From: Eledone cirrhosa
Taxonomy: Eukaryota
Direction: 5' to 3'
Assembly (NCBI GenBank): GCA_964016885.1
Contig: OZ024747.1
Coordinates: forward strand, 71,982,001 to 72,046,000
DNA: 64,000 nucleotides
The notes beneath the pieces are model-generated. The model was not told where the DNA came from, did not search any database, and was given only the letters and a program-made list of their open reading frames with translations. Both the position numbers and the translations under genes were made by a program. Below are positions 61,270-64,000 of this stretch, piece after piece. Position 1 is the stretch's first letter; each line of letters opens with the position of its first letter.

Positions 61270-63750
61270 ATAAATATTCTCTGCTTAACTTTCCTCTGTT
61301 ATACATGTGACGGCTTATTTCAATACAGTCTCTTGTCATGGCTGTTCACATCTCTATGGAGAACGATATTTCTTTTCACACATATTGTCACACTATAGAG
61401 ATAAAATATTTTAGTGAGTTCTTTCAAGTATTTCAGGGGCAAGAATATGTTAATATTAATTTTTGCAGAGAGAGTTCTAAATATCTGTCAGTTGTGAATA
61501 ATATATATCATAATGGTTTCTGATTTAGGCACAAGGCAATTTGGGGAGAGGGGAAAGTTAATTAAATTTCCCCAGTGCATTACTGGTGATTTATTTCATC
61601 AACCCCGTAAGGATGAAAGGCAAAGCTAACCTCGGCAGGATTTGAACTCAGAATATAAAGGACTGTAACAAAGATGTTGTCTGACAGTCTACTGCCAATC
61701 TCCTGCCCTAATATATATAATTGTTTCTACTTTTGGCACAAGGCCAGCAATTATCCCAGAGCATTACTGGTACTTTATTAATAATAATAATGGTTTCTTA
61801 TATAGACACAAGGCCATCAATTTTGGAGGAGGGGAAAGTCGATTAAATCAACCCCAGTGCGTGACTGGTACTTTATTCTATCGACCCCATAAGGATGAAA
61901 GGCAAAGTTAACCTCGGCGGGATTTGAGCTCAGATCATAAAGAGCCGTAACTCTATGCTGCAAAGCATGGCGTCCGACCCTCTACCGATACTGCCAATCC
62001 ATCGCCCTAACATATAATAATAATAATGGTAATAAATACTTAGACAAATATCACCCTCCATGCAGTTTTGCCCTAGTTTATGTTTATATATATATATATA
62101 TTTTATCTCTGAAGGTGCAAGGCTTAGTGGTTAGGGGTGTTTGGCTCATGATCATAAGATCGTAAGTTCAACTCCCAGTGGCATGTTGTGTCCTTCAGCA
62201 AAGCACTTTATTTCACATTGGTCCAGTCCACTCAGCTGGTGAAAATAAGTTGTCTGTAATTCAAAGAACCAACCTTGTCACATACGTGAATTACATTAAG
62301 GGTACACATGCATGTGGAATGCTTAGTCACTTACACAATTTCTCGAGCAGTTTGTGTTCTTAATAAAAAAACAGACACTCATCATTGGAATCAAAGGAGG
62401 TCCAATAACAATATGTATATTATCTGGTTTTGTATATATATATATATGTCTAAGCCATGCTAGCGTGGAAGATGGATGTTAAACGATGATGATATATATA
62501 GGAATACATCATTCCTTTTTTTTTTCTTTAATTTATAATGGTAGGGTTTGATTCAAAGGTACTTTGAATTTTATTTCTTTAAACCTAGACCTATGATGAA
62601 AGGGATTCCAATTTATGACCATCCTGTCTCTTTGAATATCAGGAAACTATTATACGTAGTCCAATATATCCTTTATTTAGGAGTATAACATGTGATTTGG
62701 GGAAGATTTGGGTGTTATTTCCAACAGGTTGAGAAACCACATACAAGTTCCCTTGTTAAACACGGAGGCCAATTTTTAGCAGATAGAGCAGAAAACACAC
62801 ACACACACACACTCTCTCTCTGTCTCTTTTACACTTTCTATTCCATTCCTTCAGCAGCAGTTGGTGTAAGTGTCAGTGTGAGGTATGAATCACTTAGGGA
62901 AAGTGTGATAAGTGATAAGGGTTGGCAGAGTTTCAATTACATATATATAGATATACTTACATTAGCATCAATATAATATAAATATATTCTCTGCTTAACT
63001 GTCCTGTGTTGCACTTCCAATGGTGTTTCAATACAGCCTGCTGTCAAGGCTGCTTACAACTCTATAAGAGAGTGATGTCTCTTTTCACACATTTTAACAC
63101 AGAGATAATGTATTTTAGCAGGATCATTATAGAGTATTTGTACGAAGAAAAATAGGTTAATATTAATTTTCTACGGATAAATATGACAGATTTTTAAAAC
63201 ACAAGTAATTTGTCATTAACATATTTTTTCAGATTGTCTTTCCAAAAATGTACTTCTAAATATAGATATGAATACAGCCTCCTAGCATGGTTGTTCACAT
63301 TTCTTATAAGACAGTGATGTCTCTTTTTGCACATTTCACCACAATATAAAGAAAATTATTATAGTAGGATCTTTGAAGAGTATTTTTTTGAAAAAGAATA
63401 GGTTAATATTCAATTTAGATAGATATGAGAAAGTATTTTAAAAATAGGTGATTTGTGAATAACATATAATTGTTTCTACTTTTGGCACAAGGCCAGCAAT
63501 TACCCCAGTGCATTACTGGTGCTTTATTTTATCGAACCCGTAAGGATGAAACGCAAAGCTAACCTCGGCGGGATTTGAACTCAGAATGTAAAGAGCCATA
63601 ACTCTATGCTAAAAGCATGGTGGCTGACACTCTACCGATACTACCAATCCAATGAATAACATATAATAATGAATATATATTCTCCACATAACTTTCCTAT
63701 GTAGTACTTCTGACGATACATTGTAATACAGCCTCCTGTTGTGGCTGAGA
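61270..63750 (+). repeat. Diverged ~240-bp tandem repeat (units near 61270, 62980, 63225, 63672) broken up by SINE insertions
   Basis: Recurrent blocks atattctctgcttaact, aatacag(c/t)ct..t(g/a)(t/g)ca(t/a)gg, tctcttttcacacat, aata(g/t)gttaatatt, ttgtgaataa. Confidence 0.75.
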
Positions 63751-64000
63751 GCTTCATTTCTAGCCTTCTGCCTTAGAAACGACTGTAGAGGCTCTCACCT
63801 TCCCTCTCAAAAGTGAGACAACTTTACACTTGTTTACCTTTAGACTGCAAAGACTACATTGGTAAACTGCATAGGTATCTCTTTCATAGCTAAACACTTC
63901 ATTCTACTCCAAAAAACAATGGCCAACTGATCACCAGTGCTAATTCTTTCCTTGGAGGAAAATGTACCACCCAACATAGAATAGTATCATGGCCTTACTC

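Noticed and set aside
54183-64000. Upstream ANKRD13C exons (expected GNTPLHLA-type ankyrin motif and start)
   Set aside because: Several donor-like sites were checked (about 56094, 59577, 60027, 63837) but none gave an ankyrin-like peptide; the exons are probably outside the window or were missed.

Overview
This is AT-rich, repeat-dense eukaryotic DNA. The SINE, LINE and microsatellite make-up suggests an octopus-like cephalopod, which is an inference. One host gene can be reconstructed by hand: an ANKRD13C-like gene on the minus strand with 11 GT-AG coding exons from 54180 down to a TGA at 22042. These give about 388 aa in a continuous frame ending ...EDPQRFPDL. The 5' exons were not found in the window. 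The rest is mobile DNA: several RTE-clade LINEs (one family has a C4HC3 PHD finger inside the reverse transcriptase, another is Rex3/Expander-like), CR1 3' fragments, a CRE-type REL-endonuclease fragment, an R4/Dong relic, an Academ-like transposase relic, a solo LTR, piggyBac/hAT/mariner-type MITEs and tRNA-derived SINEs. The most unusual signals are: (i) short, mostly palindromic elements with type I hammerhead ribozyme folds and non-canonical cores; (ii) the PHD finger within the RT; (iii) a retroposed unit of four SINE heads; (iv) a triplicated splice donor; (v) several intronic fold-backs. All protein and family calls come from recalled motifs, not database searches.
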